Positions 31,390 to 43,000 of a stretch of DNA of 64,000 nt are shown here, in pieces. Source of the DNA: Coleofasciculus chthonoplastes F2-STO-03 (lineage in GTDB: Bacteria; Cyanobacteriota; Cyanobacteriia; Cyanobacteriales; Coleofasciculaceae); assembly GCA_040222015.1 (NCBI GenBank), contig JAVJWO010000010.1:1-64000 (forward strand), written 5' to 3'. Position numbers and translations under genes: made by a program. Below the pieces are notes generated by a model. That model had not been told where the DNA came from. It saw nothing but the letters and a program-made list of their open reading frames with translations, and searched no databases. Every line of letters begins with the position of its first letter. Position 1 is the stretch's first letter.

Positions 31390-34002
31390 ATGCAATGCTA
31401 CCGATTCAGACTTAAATCCCTAGGCTTTTTCACCAGCCTACTCCTGTGCTTGTGGCTGAATCATCTGCCCTCAATCGCTGAATCGGTGCCAGGGAATCAA
31501 TGGGTGCAACAGGGAGTTGAACACTACCAAGCTGGAGAATTTCAACGCGCGATCGCACTTTGGCAAGCTGCCCTAGAATACTACCAAGAAACCCAAAATC
31601 TTACCAATACCGCCATTATTCGAGAAAACCTCGCCAGAACCTATCAACAACTGGGGCAAATGGAACAGGCTATTGAGTTTTGGCAACAGGTTATTGCTGA
31701 TTATCGCCAACTGGGAGATAGGCAGAATCTGGGGCGGAACCTGACTGAACTGGCTCAAGCTTATACTACCACCGGACAACCCCGAAAAGCGATCGCGCTT
31801 TTATGCGGAGCCTCGGCTTCCTCCACAAACTGTCAACCCGAAACCGCTCTATATATTGCCCGCACCACTGAAGACAATCAAGGAGAAGCCGCCGCCCTGG
31901 GAAGTTTAGGAAATGCCCATCTGCTCACCGGAAATTATCAAGGCGCGATCGCGGATTTAGAGGCTAGCTTAACGATTAACCACCCAGCCTATCGTACATC
32001 AACGCTGAACAGTTTAGGCAATGCCTACACCCGCCAAGGACAACACCAAGAGCGCTATGCTGACTCGGCTCAACAACGGGGTGCCAAGCAAAGGGCAAGT
32101 AAGTTTCGGCAAAAGGCGCTAAATGATTACCAACAGGCTTTGGGTTATTTTCAGCAAAGTCTAGAATTGGCTCGCAGATCACAGGATCAACCCAATCAAA
32201 TGGGAGCCTTACTTAATTTAATTAAATTGGCTCACCATCCCCTCATTTCCCCCCAACTTGACGCTGCTCAAATCAATCAATGGCTAAAAGAGGCTCTGGA
32301 TTTACTCACTCAACTTCCCGATTCCCGTAATCTGGTTTATGCGGCGATCGATTTAGCCAATCTCCAACCAGCGGTTTCTACCATAACCCCTAAACAATAC
32401 CAATGTCCGCCACGCCAACTACCATCCCAAGCTGAATCCCTACTCGAATCAGCCGTATCCATTGCTCAACGCCTGGAAGACTCCCGTTCCGAGTCTTTTG
32501 CCCTGGGGGAATTAGGTCATTTCTACGAATGCCAGAACGACTATCGCCAAGCCTTAGAATTCACCCAAAAAGCCCGGTTAGCCGCCGACCAAAACCGACA
32601 AGCCCAAGATAGCCTGTATCTCTGGGAATGGCAAGCCGCCCGCCTGTTTCAAGCACAGGGAAACCCAGAGGAAGCCATCGCCGCTTACCAACGTGCGATC
32701 GCGACTTTAACTGATATTCGCCAAGAACTACTCATGGCTGACTCAGATGTCCAATTTGACTTTCGCGATCGGATTAATCCCTTACATCGAGATTTTGCCC
32801 AATACCAGTTAGAACGAGTCGAACGTCTCCCAGTTACCGAAGCTCAACTGGAAATAGAATCTGCCCTGAAAACTATAGATGCCCTCAAACTTGCCGAACT
32901 GCAAAATTACTTTGGCAATGATTGTCGATTGACACCCAATTCTCAGAACTCTGTAGAGCAACTGGTGGGAGACGATACCGCTATTTTCCGTTCAATTATC
33001 TTCAACAATCATACCGCGATCCTGCTCACCCTACCCAACGCCCCAACCCAACTCAAATGGATTGAGATTGATAGTCAAATCCTACGAGAAACCGTCAATC
33101 AATTTCGCCGAGGATTAGAAAGACGACGGGATCTGATTTACGACCCCAAACCTGCTCAAAACCTGTACAATTGGATAATTCGCCCCTTTATTACCGATTT
33201 AGACGCCGCTGGGATAAACACTCTAGTTTTCAGCCAAGATGGGATCTTACGCAGCATTCCCATGGCTGCCCTACATAATGGGGAAAGCTTCTTAGTGGAA
33301 ACCTACGCCATTGCCACAACCCCCAGTTTAACCCTCACTGCACCTCAACACTTAACCGATGAATCCCTTCAAGTGTTAGCCCTGGGGTTAACGGCAAAAG
33401 CCACAGTAAACGGACAAACCTTTCCCGCCCTCACCCACGTTAAATCGGAACTCCAGCAACTTGAGAGCCTATTTCCCGGCAGTAAAACCCTCTTAGACGA
33501 TGATTTTACGCGCGATCGCTTACAAGCCGAACTCAACCAAACTGTTTATCCGATTCTCCATATTGCGACTCATGGACAGTTTAGTGCCGTACCCGAAGAT
33601 ACATTCTTGGTTACTGGTAATAATCAAAAGCTGACGCTTAAAGACTTAGAAACCACGATTCGTCATCTGAGTCAGGGTTCTAATTCGGTCGATTTACTTG
33701 CCCTCACCGCTTGTCAGACAGCCGTTGGCGATGATCGTGCCGCCTTAGGTTTAGCAGGTATCGCCGTTCAATCCGGCGTTAACACAGCCTTAGCCTCTCT
33801 CTGGTTTATTCCCGATGCCTCAACCAAAACCCTGATCACCGAATATTACCACAATTGGTCTAACCCTGGCATAAGTAAAGCTCAAGCTCTGAGCCTAGCA
33901 CAACGAAAACTGATTCAAGCCCAAAACAGTCCAGAAATCAACGATCAATATGCCCACCCCGCCTACTGGGCACCCTTTATCCTCATCGGTAACTGGCAAT
34001 AA
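31390..34002 (+). CDS. exported TPR + CHAT (caspase-HetF-like) protease
   Basis: Signal peptide, TPRs, LHIATHG and LTACQTA dyad motifs, ASLW, HPAYWAPFILIGNW. Confidence 0.93.
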   Translation: MQCYRFRLKSLGFFTSLLLCLWLNHLPSIAESVPGNQWVQQGVEHYQAGEFQRAIALWQAALEYYQETQNLTNTAIIRENLARTYQQLGQMEQAIEFWQQVIADYRQLGDRQNLGRNLTELAQAYTTTGQPRKAIALLCGASASSTNCQPETALYIARTTEDNQGEAAALGSLGNAHLLTGNYQGAIADLEASLTINHPAYRTSTLNSLGNAYTRQGQHQERYADSAQQRGAKQRASKFRQKALNDYQQALGYFQQSLELARRSQDQPNQMGALLNLIKLAHHPLISPQLDAAQINQWLKEALDLLTQLPDSRNLVYAAIDLANLQPAVSTITPKQYQCPPRQLPSQAESLLESAVSIAQRLEDSRSESFALGELGHFYECQNDYRQALEFTQKARLAADQNRQAQDSLYLWEWQAARLFQAQGNPEEAIAAYQRAIATLTDIRQELLMADSDVQFDFRDRINPLHRDFAQYQLERVERLPVTEAQLEIESALKTIDALKLAELQNYFGNDCRLTPNSQNSVEQLVGDDTAIFRSIIFNNHTAILLTLPNAPTQLKWIEIDSQILRETVNQFRRGLERRRDLIYDPKPAQNLYNWIIRPFITDLDAAGINTLVFSQDGILRSIPMAALHNGESFLVETYAIATTPSLTLTAPQHLTDESLQVLALGLTAKATVNGQTFPALTHVKSELQQLESLFPGSKTLLDDDFTRDRLQAELNQTVYPILHIATHGQFSAVPEDTFLVTGNNQKLTLKDLETTIRHLSQGSNSVDLLALTACQTAVGDDRAALGLAGIAVQSGVNTALASLWFIPDASTKTLITEYYHNWSNPGISKAQALSLAQRKLIQAQNSPEINDQYAHPAYWAPFILIGNWQ

Positions 34003-34691
34003 TCTAAGTAGGTTGTCAATCTGTGTACCTGACTATTCACTGTTCTGAAAACTACCATTCCATCTGTGTAATCTGTGTTTTTGTCAATACTTAGCAATGA
34101 TTTTTATCGAAACTTTAACAAAATACATGCGTCCACGGGGACATTGGCAGTGAGACAAAAACCATAAATTATACAAAGTTGCCCGAATATTCAAGAGGTT
34201 TAGCTGCGTCAAGATTAATTTTGCCCACAAAAAACCCACCATAAATAGTATACCTTAAAATCGCACAATCTTCTCACAATCGCCGTAACCCTTGAAAACT
34301 CGTAGATAATTCCCGAAAAGGGGTAAAAAAAGAACAATTATGACGTTTTGTTAAGACAGGACTCTGATTGGAAAATTTAAACCTTTCTGGGGGAACTAAT
34401 CGTTTAAATTATCAGAACTTGACAAGTTTAACCGAAACGACATCGAGTCAAGCTAAGAAAATGTCAGTATATGCTCTATCTGTAGGGTGCGTTAGCGTAG
34501 CGTAACGCACCATGTTAGCTAATTAAAGATTTGCGGTTAAGTAGGTTGGTGGAAATAAACTCAACTATCCACCAGTTATGTAAACAAGCCTCAAACTCTT
34601 ACAAAGGACGTAGCTTGCTTCTCGCGAAGCGAGTATGACGAATGACGATCACCACCGCCCGCCTTTAACTGTCCCTACCTACTTACATCTT

Positions 34692-35447
34692 TTACCTATT
34701 CCCTGTTGCCTGAATAATTGTCCTCATATTCTCAATAGGTTCTGACTCCGATGGTAAGGATTCTGGACTGGTTTGGGCGGCTTCCAAATTTACCATATCT
34801 CTCAACAGAGATACAGCCTCTTCTCCTAATTGCCAGGGAGGAGCAAGCTGTAATGCCTCACCCATAGCATCGTACCAAAACCCTGCCCCAGCATAGAGTT
34901 CAACTTTCTGTGAACCGGGCTTAACCTGAGCAAGTTGCTGTGCAAAAGCCAATGGCATCTGCACCACTTGCATATCTGAGCTGACAATTAAATCGCTGGA
35001 AGGGCTATCCGGATCACAAAGAATCACCACTTGCCAAAGATAGGTCTTCCCAACCGTTAATTCTAACTGCGCCCTTGCCAGGGATAACCTCATAATTCCT
35101 GGTGAACTCTCTAACTGAATTGGTTGACCCACAGGTTGAGGTTTACCCTGAGCATCATACTCATAGAGTCTAAATTCCATCGGTTTAATTATCGCGTCAG
35201 GGACAAACCAAGCCAAGGTGGGATGGGTAGACAGGGTTGCCCCCACATGAGTTTTAGGGGCAAGGGCTGTTAGGGGTATTCCGTCACCTTCGCATCCGCC
35301 CCTTGGACCCGATGACGTTGTATAATCAGTGGGTGGTTTCTGATCGGGAGGTGGCACGTATCCAGCTAAAGCTGTTGACGTCACAACTAGGGATAAACTT
35401 AAAATAAGTAGGTGGACACAATGAAACTTAAAGATGGAGATCGTCAT
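34692..35447 (-). CDS. DUF928 domain protein (exported)
   Basis: Signal peptide; SSGPRGGC, LTALAP, HPTLAWFVP, YLWQVVILCDP, GFWYDA. Confidence 0.88.
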   Translation of the reverse strand: MTISIFKFHCVHLLILSLSLVVTSTALAGYVPPPDQKPPTDYTTSSGPRGGCEGDGIPLTALAPKTHVGATLSTHPTLAWFVPDAIIKPMEFRLYEYDAQGKPQPVGQPIQLESSPGIMRLSLARAQLELTVGKTYLWQVVILCDPDSPSSDLIVSSDMQVVQMPLAFAQQLAQVKPGSQKVELYAGAGFWYDAMGEALQLAPPWQLGEEAVSLLRDMVNLEAAQTSPESLPSESEPIENMRTIIQATGNR

Positions 35448-35668
35448 TTTTAATTCGTCATTTGTAAGGGTTTGATGGTTATTTATTCTTGTAGGTTGGG
35501 TTGAGGAACGAAACCCAACACCATCGTTAGCCTGTTGGGTAACGCTTACGCTCTACCCAACCTACTTGCGGTGATAGGCTCCCTTTCACCTTTGATTACC
35601 CCTGGCGATATTTAGCTTATATGCAACTGATATATTGTACCATTCTCTACCCATAAAATTTTCATGGC

Positions 35669-37582
35669 TTAAACCCTTTTTCGCCAATATCTTAAAGTTA
35701 ATTTCCTCTTTACCAAACGCCAAGTCAGTTCACACAACGTTCCTTGACCAGAAATAGACTCTCGCTTAAACTCACCCGCCAACTGTTTCGCTAAACGTCT
35801 ACACTGCTTGCTTCCATGTCCTTCAGCGGATGAGCGAATACCTGCCCCATTATCTTGAATACTGAGACTGTACCACCCGTCTTGAATTTTACCAATAACC
35901 TTAAGGCGAGTCACCCCGACGGCGTGTTTACCCACATTGCACAATCCTTCTTCCAGAAATTCACAGAGTCCTCGCTTTTGCTCAAAATTCAAGTCCTCCT
36001 CTACAATCGCCGCAAACTCTAAAACCTTAATCTTAAGGGTTTTAAATTCCGGCAAGTCTCGCTCCAGAGTATGCCGACTAACGGTATAAAAAAGTTCATT
36101 TATCGGCAATTCTAGGTCAAGGATTAAATCATTACCCAGTTGTAAGGTTTTAGTTTGATTAAACGGATCTTGACTCAGGGAGTCCCGCTTAAGATACTCA
36201 CAAACGTCCCAAATTTCCTGCTTAACCTGTTGAAGTTTTACTACCAACATTTCTGAACTCAAATCTTCGTCTTGCACCTGCTTAATCACATAAGCTAAGG
36301 TTTGCATCGGTTGATTATGAATCCGATTAAAGGTTTGCTCAATCGTGCGTTGGCGGACTTCAAGTTGAGACTTCAACGCCCGGTCATATTTATAGAACGC
36401 AAAAGCACTCATTCCCATCCCATTGAACACCAAAACTAACAAAACGGGAGCAACAGGAATCCACCAACCCAAAAGAATAAACCCATAACTCATAGCAATA
36501 AGAATTAAGCTAGCCAAACTAACATAGCCAAGATTCTGCAACGACGATTGAGTCAGCCGCCCCAAACTCAAAGCCAAGACACCCCAACTAATAATCCAAA
36601 GATATTCCCATCTATCGGACCAAGCATTCAACAGGGGACGTCTATCTAGAACCGCACTAATAATTTGACTAACCGTATGGGCTTGAAATTCTACCCCATA
36701 AATCTGTCCAGAGGGCTGTAAATCAGCCAAGGCTGTCGTATTCACAACATCATTCACACCAGGGGAAATAATCCCAATTAAAACAACGCGATCGCGAATC
36801 CAATGTGCCGGAAAATTCCCCCGGTTAATATCATCCAAAGATAGGGTACGAAATCCCTCTCGACTATTGCGAAAATTCAGCAGAACCTGAACCCCACCCG
36901 CATCAGCATCAACATACCCTCCAGAATTAGGTAAAAAGCGAGGAATTTCAGTTTCACCAAACCGCATTGCATGAGGATCACGAGTGCCATTTTCCAAAGA
37001 AATACCTTCCGCCGCTAAATACATTTGGGCTAAGCGCAATGGCAAGGAAAACCTGTATCCTGGGGATGTTGGTGTTCCCAAAAGGCTGCGTCTCACCCGA
37101 CCATCTGCATCGTGAATAACATCAGCAAAACCCACCTGTTCAGAGGGTAATGTGGGTGGTGCAGCAATGGGCGGAAATAATGCTTTGTCAATGGCAATTA
37201 GGTTTTTAATATCCCTAAATGCGGTAACTAATTCATCATGACCGGGTTCAACAGGGATATCTCGAATAATATCAATCCCGATAGCTCTAGGATTGTAAGA
37301 CTGCAGTGTTCTTAATAATTTTGCTATCTCTTGATCCGGAATAGGATAAGTCCCGACTTGGCGAATATCCGCATCATTAATGCCAATAATCACAATCCGT
37401 TCATCAATGGATTCCTGGGGACGCCAACGCAGCAAAGCATCAAGAGTTATCCATTCTAAAACTTGCAGCCAACCACTGAGGCGAGCGACAATCACCAATA
37501 TCAGAATTACCAGTCCTGGTAGCGATCCCCTGCGCCAGATCACAAATTCTGCTATTATTTTCTTGCCCAAACCTTGCCGCAA
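35669..37582 (-). CDS. CHASE2 sensor with 3 TM segments and a HisKA_3-like/HATPase kinase module (TTG start at 37582 preferred)
   Basis: DERIVIIGIND, AIGIDI, DADGRVRR, GVEFQA; IHNQP His box, NVGKHA, DNGAG. AGGAAGGA precedes the TTG, and the longer N-terminus is repeat-derived. Confidence 0.85.
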   Translation of the reverse strand: MRQGLGKKIIAEFVIWRRGSLPGLVILILVIVARLSGWLQVLEWITLDALLRWRPQESIDERIVIIGINDADIRQVGTYPIPDQEIAKLLRTLQSYNPRAIGIDIIRDIPVEPGHDELVTAFRDIKNLIAIDKALFPPIAAPPTLPSEQVGFADVIHDADGRVRRSLLGTPTSPGYRFSLPLRLAQMYLAAEGISLENGTRDPHAMRFGETEIPRFLPNSGGYVDADAGGVQVLLNFRNSREGFRTLSLDDINRGNFPAHWIRDRVVLIGIISPGVNDVVNTTALADLQPSGQIYGVEFQAHTVSQIISAVLDRRPLLNAWSDRWEYLWIISWGVLALSLGRLTQSSLQNLGYVSLASLILIAMSYGFILLGWWIPVAPVLLVLVFNGMGMSAFAFYKYDRALKSQLEVRQRTIEQTFNRIHNQPMQTLAYVIKQVQDEDLSSEMLVVKLQQVKQEIWDVCEYLKRDSLSQDPFNQTKTLQLGNDLILDLELPINELFYTVSRHTLERDLPEFKTLKIKVLEFAAIVEEDLNFEQKRGLCEFLEEGLCNVGKHAVGVTRLKVIGKIQDGWYSLSIQDNGAGIRSSAEGHGSKQCRRLAKQLAGEFKRESISGQGTLCELTWRLVKRKLTLRYWRKRV

Positions 37583-37719
37583 CTGTTCCTTCCTTGACTT
37601 ATCCCATTTTCCTTGATTTATGTAGAGACGTTGCATGAAACGTCTGGAACAATCTGGACATAACAGGGTTATGTATGCCGGATTTGGTATGACCAATGAC
37701 CAATAACCAATGACATCCA

Positions 37720-38391
37720 TCAATCGATAAACCCTTCCTCTCTAGCGCGTCTTTCCGTTTGAATTCGCATATTTTTACCCGGTTCCGGATAAACATTCAG
37801 AACATCTTGGATTTTAGTCCAATAGTGACGCACCGTTCGTTCAGATACCTCCATTTTTTCGGCAACAGCCTTATCTTGCAATCCTTCCTGAAAGGCTAGA
37901 TCAATAACCTGTAGCCACTCAGATTTGAATTCTCCAGGTGGCAGCTTCAGGTCTTTGGTATGGGTAATTCCTTGTAGTGCCAACTCAATCCGGTTTAACA
38001 TATCTTGACTGAAAAGAGCTTTATCCGCTAAAGTAAAACCACCCTGATGACGATCAATATCTGGTTTAATTCGCACGAGTGCCTTAATGTAACTGCTTTG
38101 CACAAAAATATTCAGAGTCGGATAGTTTTCCATCAAGGTTCGCAGCAGTTGGATGCCTGTATCAACACGGGCTACCTCCCCATCTGTTTCCGGGATGGAA
38201 AGATCTATGGCGACTAAATCAGGTTGAACCCTTGCAACTTGTTCCAGAGTCATTTTTGCCGTTGTCATCTGGAAAAGTTTTGCCTCTGGATATTGCTGTT
38301 GTAGATATTCACTGGTTTTCTCCAAAATTAATCCATGATCATCTACGATAACAATTTTCAGCGGTGTTGGCTCTGATGAATCTTTACTCAT
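37720..38391 (-). CDS. NarL/FixJ-family response regulator (REC + LuxR HTH)
   Basis: IVDDH, AIDLSIP; GLQDKAVAEKMEVSERTVRHYW. Confidence 0.9.
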   Translation of the reverse strand: MSKDSSEPTPLKIVIVDDHGLILEKTSEYLQQQYPEAKLFQMTTAKMTLEQVARVQPDLVAIDLSIPETDGEVARVDTGIQLLRTLMENYPTLNIFVQSSYIKALVRIKPDIDRHQGGFTLADKALFSQDMLNRIELALQGITHTKDLKLPPGEFKSEWLQVIDLAFQEGLQDKAVAEKMEVSERTVRHYWTKIQDVLNVYPEPGKNMRIQTERRAREEGFID

Positions 38392-38789
38392 CGTAGTTTC
38401 CTGTAACTCTCATAAAAAATAAGTAGGTTGGTGGAAATAAAATTAACCATATTACAGCGCTTTTAATGTTTATAGAATACAAAATTGTATAGGTTTGCTT
38501 TTCAGCGCAATCATCGTCTGTAGTCTGCTAACTTGAAAACTGCTGTAAGTTATATTAACCTCGAAAGTCCTAATCGATGTGTCTACTGCTATAAATGGAA
38601 TGTCACGGACTTAAAGCTGGTGGCTCCTGGCGAAGTCGAAACCCACCCTACTGGTTACTGGTTACTGATATCAGCAGGAAATTGAGTGGGAGCATGAAGC
38701 GTGAACCCAGAAAATGTTCAAGCGACAAGCTAACAAAAAAATGGGGCGGTAGCCCACCCCACAGATATCAATGATTGCTCACTGAACGT

Positions 38790-39629
38790 TTAAGCTGGAT
38801 CAGAAATAGTTAAATCCTTTGCCACAATACCAGGGAAGGTTTTATTAATGTTTTGATCAACGTTGCGGAAGCCAACGGAGTCATCCGACTTACGGAAGTA
38901 AATTCCCCCTTCTGATTGAGGATCACCGACTAACTGCACCCGATTGTCTAGATCATTATAAATATCCCAACGGGTGTAAGGAGCGGGTGCCCAACGCGCC
39001 CAACGTCCATCCGTGGTAATTGCCCACAATCGTCCGTTTTTACCGACAGCAATCTGCTTAGCGGTAATACCAGGGAAGGTTTTATTAATGTTTTGATCAA
39101 CATTGCGGAAGCCAACGGAGTCATCCGACTTACGGAAGTAAATTCCCCCTTCTGATTGAGGATCACCGACTAACTGCACCCGATTGTCTAGATCATTATA
39201 AACATCCCAACGGGTGTAAGGAGCGGGTGCCCAACGCGCCCAACGTCCATCCGTGGTAATTGCCCACAGTCGCCCATTTTTACCGACAGCAATCTGCTTA
39301 GCAGTAATACCGGGGAAGGTTTTATTAATGTTTTGATCAACATTACGATAGCCGACACTTCCATCTGACTTGAGGAAGTAAACGGCACTCTTTGTCGTGG
39401 GATCAGCAACGAGTTGAACCCGATTGTTCAAATCATTATAAACATCCCAACGTGTATAAGGAGCGGGTGCCCAACGCGCCCAAGACGAGCTTTGAATTGC
39501 CCAAGGACTTGATGTATCTTGATTCGCCCATGCGGGTTGGTTTGGCAGTAAACAAACCGTAGAAAAAACCGTCAGCAACACGATCAGAATCGTTGCCAAC
39601 CGTTTGAATCGGCTGAAAAACTGGGTCAT
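38790..39629 (-). CDS. secreted tectonin-like beta-propeller protein with three ~80-aa repeats
   Basis: Signal peptide (PAWA); AKQIAVGKNGRLWAITTDG blades; near-identical 240-bp repeats. Confidence 0.7.
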   Translation of the reverse strand: MTQFFSRFKRLATILIVLLTVFSTVCLLPNQPAWANQDTSSPWAIQSSSWARWAPAPYTRWDVYNDLNNRVQLVADPTTKSAVYFLKSDGSVGYRNVDQNINKTFPGITAKQIAVGKNGRLWAITTDGRWARWAPAPYTRWDVYNDLDNRVQLVGDPQSEGGIYFRKSDDSVGFRNVDQNINKTFPGITAKQIAVGKNGRLWAITTDGRWARWAPAPYTRWDIYNDLDNRVQLVGDPQSEGGIYFRKSDDSVGFRNVDQNINKTFPGIVAKDLTISDPA

Positions 39630-39786
39630 GGTTATCCGTTTTATCCTTAAATTGATTTTTGGCGCTTCATCCTGCGATCGCAGTGATTAAACTTACCGCT
39701 TCAGATCTTATGGCTTTACCCGAACAACTGTCAAGTTTGTTACAAAAAATTACCAGATAAGTGATAACGAAAAATTGGCAACTAAA

Positions 39787-40050
39787 CTAAGCATTTATAC
39801 TTAACAGTGTTGCTGATTCATACTCTCTATCTTCATATCGCTGAAGTAAGTTCTCTTCAATTCTCAGTCGTTGAGCAAGTTCTTTCTGGCTAATTTTAGC
39901 CGCAATACGAGATTGAATCAAAAGGCGGGGAAGTTGAGAAAGAGAACCGATTTCAAAAATGATTGGTTCGCTCTCATCCCGATTAATTAGAGATTCATAC
40001 TCCTGAATCTGGGCAGTAAAGTCATCGATCATACTAATGACAAATGACAA
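39787..40050 (-). pseudogene. XRE-family HTH protein fragment
   Basis: LIQSRIAAKISQKELAQRL..LQRYE; the start falls inside a heptamer repeat and both ends look truncated. Confidence 0.6.
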
Positions 40051-40080
40051 ATGACAAATGACATAAGACCAATGACCAAA

Positions 40081-43000
40081 TCAAGCAACATTAGCAGGCT
40101 CGACTTGCGCCAAAAACTGGAACGCCTTAGCAACATAAGCCGCACATTGTTTAGGTGATGTATCATAAAAAGCCCGCCAAGCGGCTGCCTTATATTCGTC
40201 ATACTTATCGGCTCGTTCGGGATATCGCTCCAACCAGCCTAAACGTACCGCATGACCAATTAACACATCCAGAACAATGTATTCTTCAATTTCCAACTCT
40301 GGATTCCGTTCCAATATCGCGGCTAATTCCACAAGTGCCTCAATATTCACCTGTCGATAGGTTGGCACTTGAATTTTATTGAGTAAATGCTCAACCCGCA
40401 GAGCAAAATTCTTTTCCCCAGGTGTCATTTCTGAGAGCAGCGGTTGACTATCCAGTCGATTGCGACGCTCTAATTTATCGCCAATCACCAAACCCTTACA
40501 ATGTTTCATCACTTGCCAGACTTTCGGGTAAAAGTCTTTCGGAACCCGACCTGCACTACCATCCATTTGCCGTTTTCTCAGCCAATTTCCCGCCGTGGTT
40601 AGGTCTTCGTCGATATAGATTTGCTCCTCTGGCAATATCACCCAATTAATCGCATATTGCGGTTGTTTAACATGCAGCGATTCTTGTTGGCGTAATTTTT
40701 GGTTAACGCCTTCATACCCTGCCAAACAGGAACGCAGTCGCATTTTAATGTCAAAGGGACTTAAGCGCATCAATGCTTCATAAGCTTCATCCTGGGTCAC
40801 GCCTAATTCAGCCGCTAATTCACTCGTCAACAGCAGGATTAAATACCCAACTCGCAGTGTGAGTAAGCCATCAACCAGATGCGGTTCGGATTTAATCAGA
40901 ATACTCAAGTAAATCAGGATTTCCTGAGTTAAAACGCGATCGCGGATATCTTCTCGGCAAAATTCGTCAATCTTTGCCCGGAGTTCCAGATGAGACATTG
41001 GGTTTTTAATCAGAGAAGCCTCACTGTAAGCTTTCCCAACCGTTATCTGTTTCCCGCGCACCAAAATATCCGTTACCGCATCGGACAAACTAATTTCGAC
41101 TTTATTCAGTAACCCCGCCGCTTGACGAATCACACCCCAGTAGGGAGATGCTCCTTCACTACTGGCTCTGGTATACACTTCATTCAGCAAATCCGCCACC
41201 GTCACCACTCGTTGAGGTTGACCAAATCCTGTATCAAAATCCAGCCCCCGCAAGTTTTTCAGAGTGCGTAATAATTCAATTTGCTCATAAAAATTTTCTG
41301 AATGCCGCAAACTATCGAGCAAGGGTTGGAGATTCGTTTCGCATTCCAGCAAGAATTCCTGCGTATGACTTAACGGACCATTTTTTCGCGGATGATTCCT
41401 CAAATAATAATCAGGAGGAGCCGCATCTTGAACCGCAGAGTCGCTAAACTCAAACCCTTGCAGCGTATCAATGCGTTCAACGCCTGCTGTGAGCATTAAC
41501 TGATTTAAACGCCCTAACTTGACCCGCACCCCATTACAGAATCCCTCTTGCAATTCTTGGATTAATTCCAGTAACGCAGAACCCTGAAGTTGCTCTTGTC
41601 CCGGATGACTGGTTTCTTCTGCCGTCTGCACCATCTGATGCGTTAATAACAATGTCACCGTTGGACGTCCCAACTCACCCCAATGGCGTTGAATATACGT
41701 CAGTTCACTTTTAATTTGAGCCACCAGAAAATGATAATCCAAGGTCAAATAAAACTGTTGCTGGTCTAAAAACGCCGGCAAAAACACAATCGTTTCTTTC
41801 CCGAAGCGAAAAATACGGGATGTAGTCAAACTTCGCAGGCGTCGAATCGGGCGTCCGGTTAATCCTAAGGCGTCACACCGTCCAATTTGGGCATACAATC
41901 GGGATAGATCCGTTGCCTGACGTACTTGCACCGGATCAACTTGTTTCGGCGTCTGGGTGGCAATCCCATAAGCAGCCAGTTGCGCCTGTAATGCTTCATC
42001 CTCTGCCAACAGCGCAATTTGTACCACCGGATCTTGGTGACGCCCTACGCAAAAATGACGCCCTAAGGGGTCAACATCTCCCCGCGTAATTAATTCCTCA
42101 TGAAGGAGTTGGGCAAACAGATATAAACTCTGCGCCCAGACGAGGGGCAAATTTTCATTGGGTTTGCGATTCTGGGAACGGGGAGAAGCGCGTTCGGCTT
42201 CAATTTTGTCCTCGGGAACGTAATACACTTCCGGTAATAAGCGCATCCCATCTCGCTCAACCAGCAATGTATCCAAACGCCCCAGATAATTCCGCGCCCG
42301 TTCAACGTCTCCCCGAAACCAACCATCCAGGGCTAAGTAGGTAAAAAATAGGGGCCACTCGCATTCAATATGTTCAAATTGTTGCAGTTCCCAGGGTTCA
42401 TAATGCAAGCGGGTGGTATCTTCGAGTACTGTTTGATGTCCATCGCGCAGGAACCGCTTACACCCGTAGAGTCCTTGTAGTTTATCGACAATCTTTTGAC
42501 GAGTTCTCTCCAGCAGTTCCACGTCTTCAATGGCAAATGCCGGGAACCCGATCACACTTAACAGCGCCGCATCAGTTTCTTTGGAACTCGATTCCCGTGG
42601 TAATAGGGATTCTAACGTAATCCGCGATCGCGCAATTTCATCGGGGAGAACATGAATGACGGAGGCTTGAGATCCCCGCACACCAAATAAATCTAGCCCG
42701 TTAATCGCCTCTAATGCGGCTTTTGCCATGCCTACGGAACTGGCGTTAAGTTCCGGATTACCGCGATTAACTTTATTTCCCCGTTCCCAAATGCCGTAAT
42801 CGGGTGTTCGATAGGTACGACCAATGTAATACACCAGATTCTGGATGAAATGCACTTCAGCAATGGTGTAAACAATGTGTAACCCTGATGCGGTCATCTG
42901 AGCCAGCATTAACAGGAATAGGGAGGTGGCATCAAGCTGCAAATGACCCCACTCATCATCCCCCACGACTACATCACCAGTGCTGGTATTATACTTGGCG

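Noticed and set aside
37583..37723. N-terminal extension of the CHASE2 kinase overlapping the regulator stop
   Set aside because: Made of heptamer, MITE-end and REP sequence; the TTG at 37582 has a better RBS
38830..39480. DGR template/variable repeat pair
   Set aside because: The repeats are in-frame protein repeats, the differences are not adenine-specific, and no RT is adjacent
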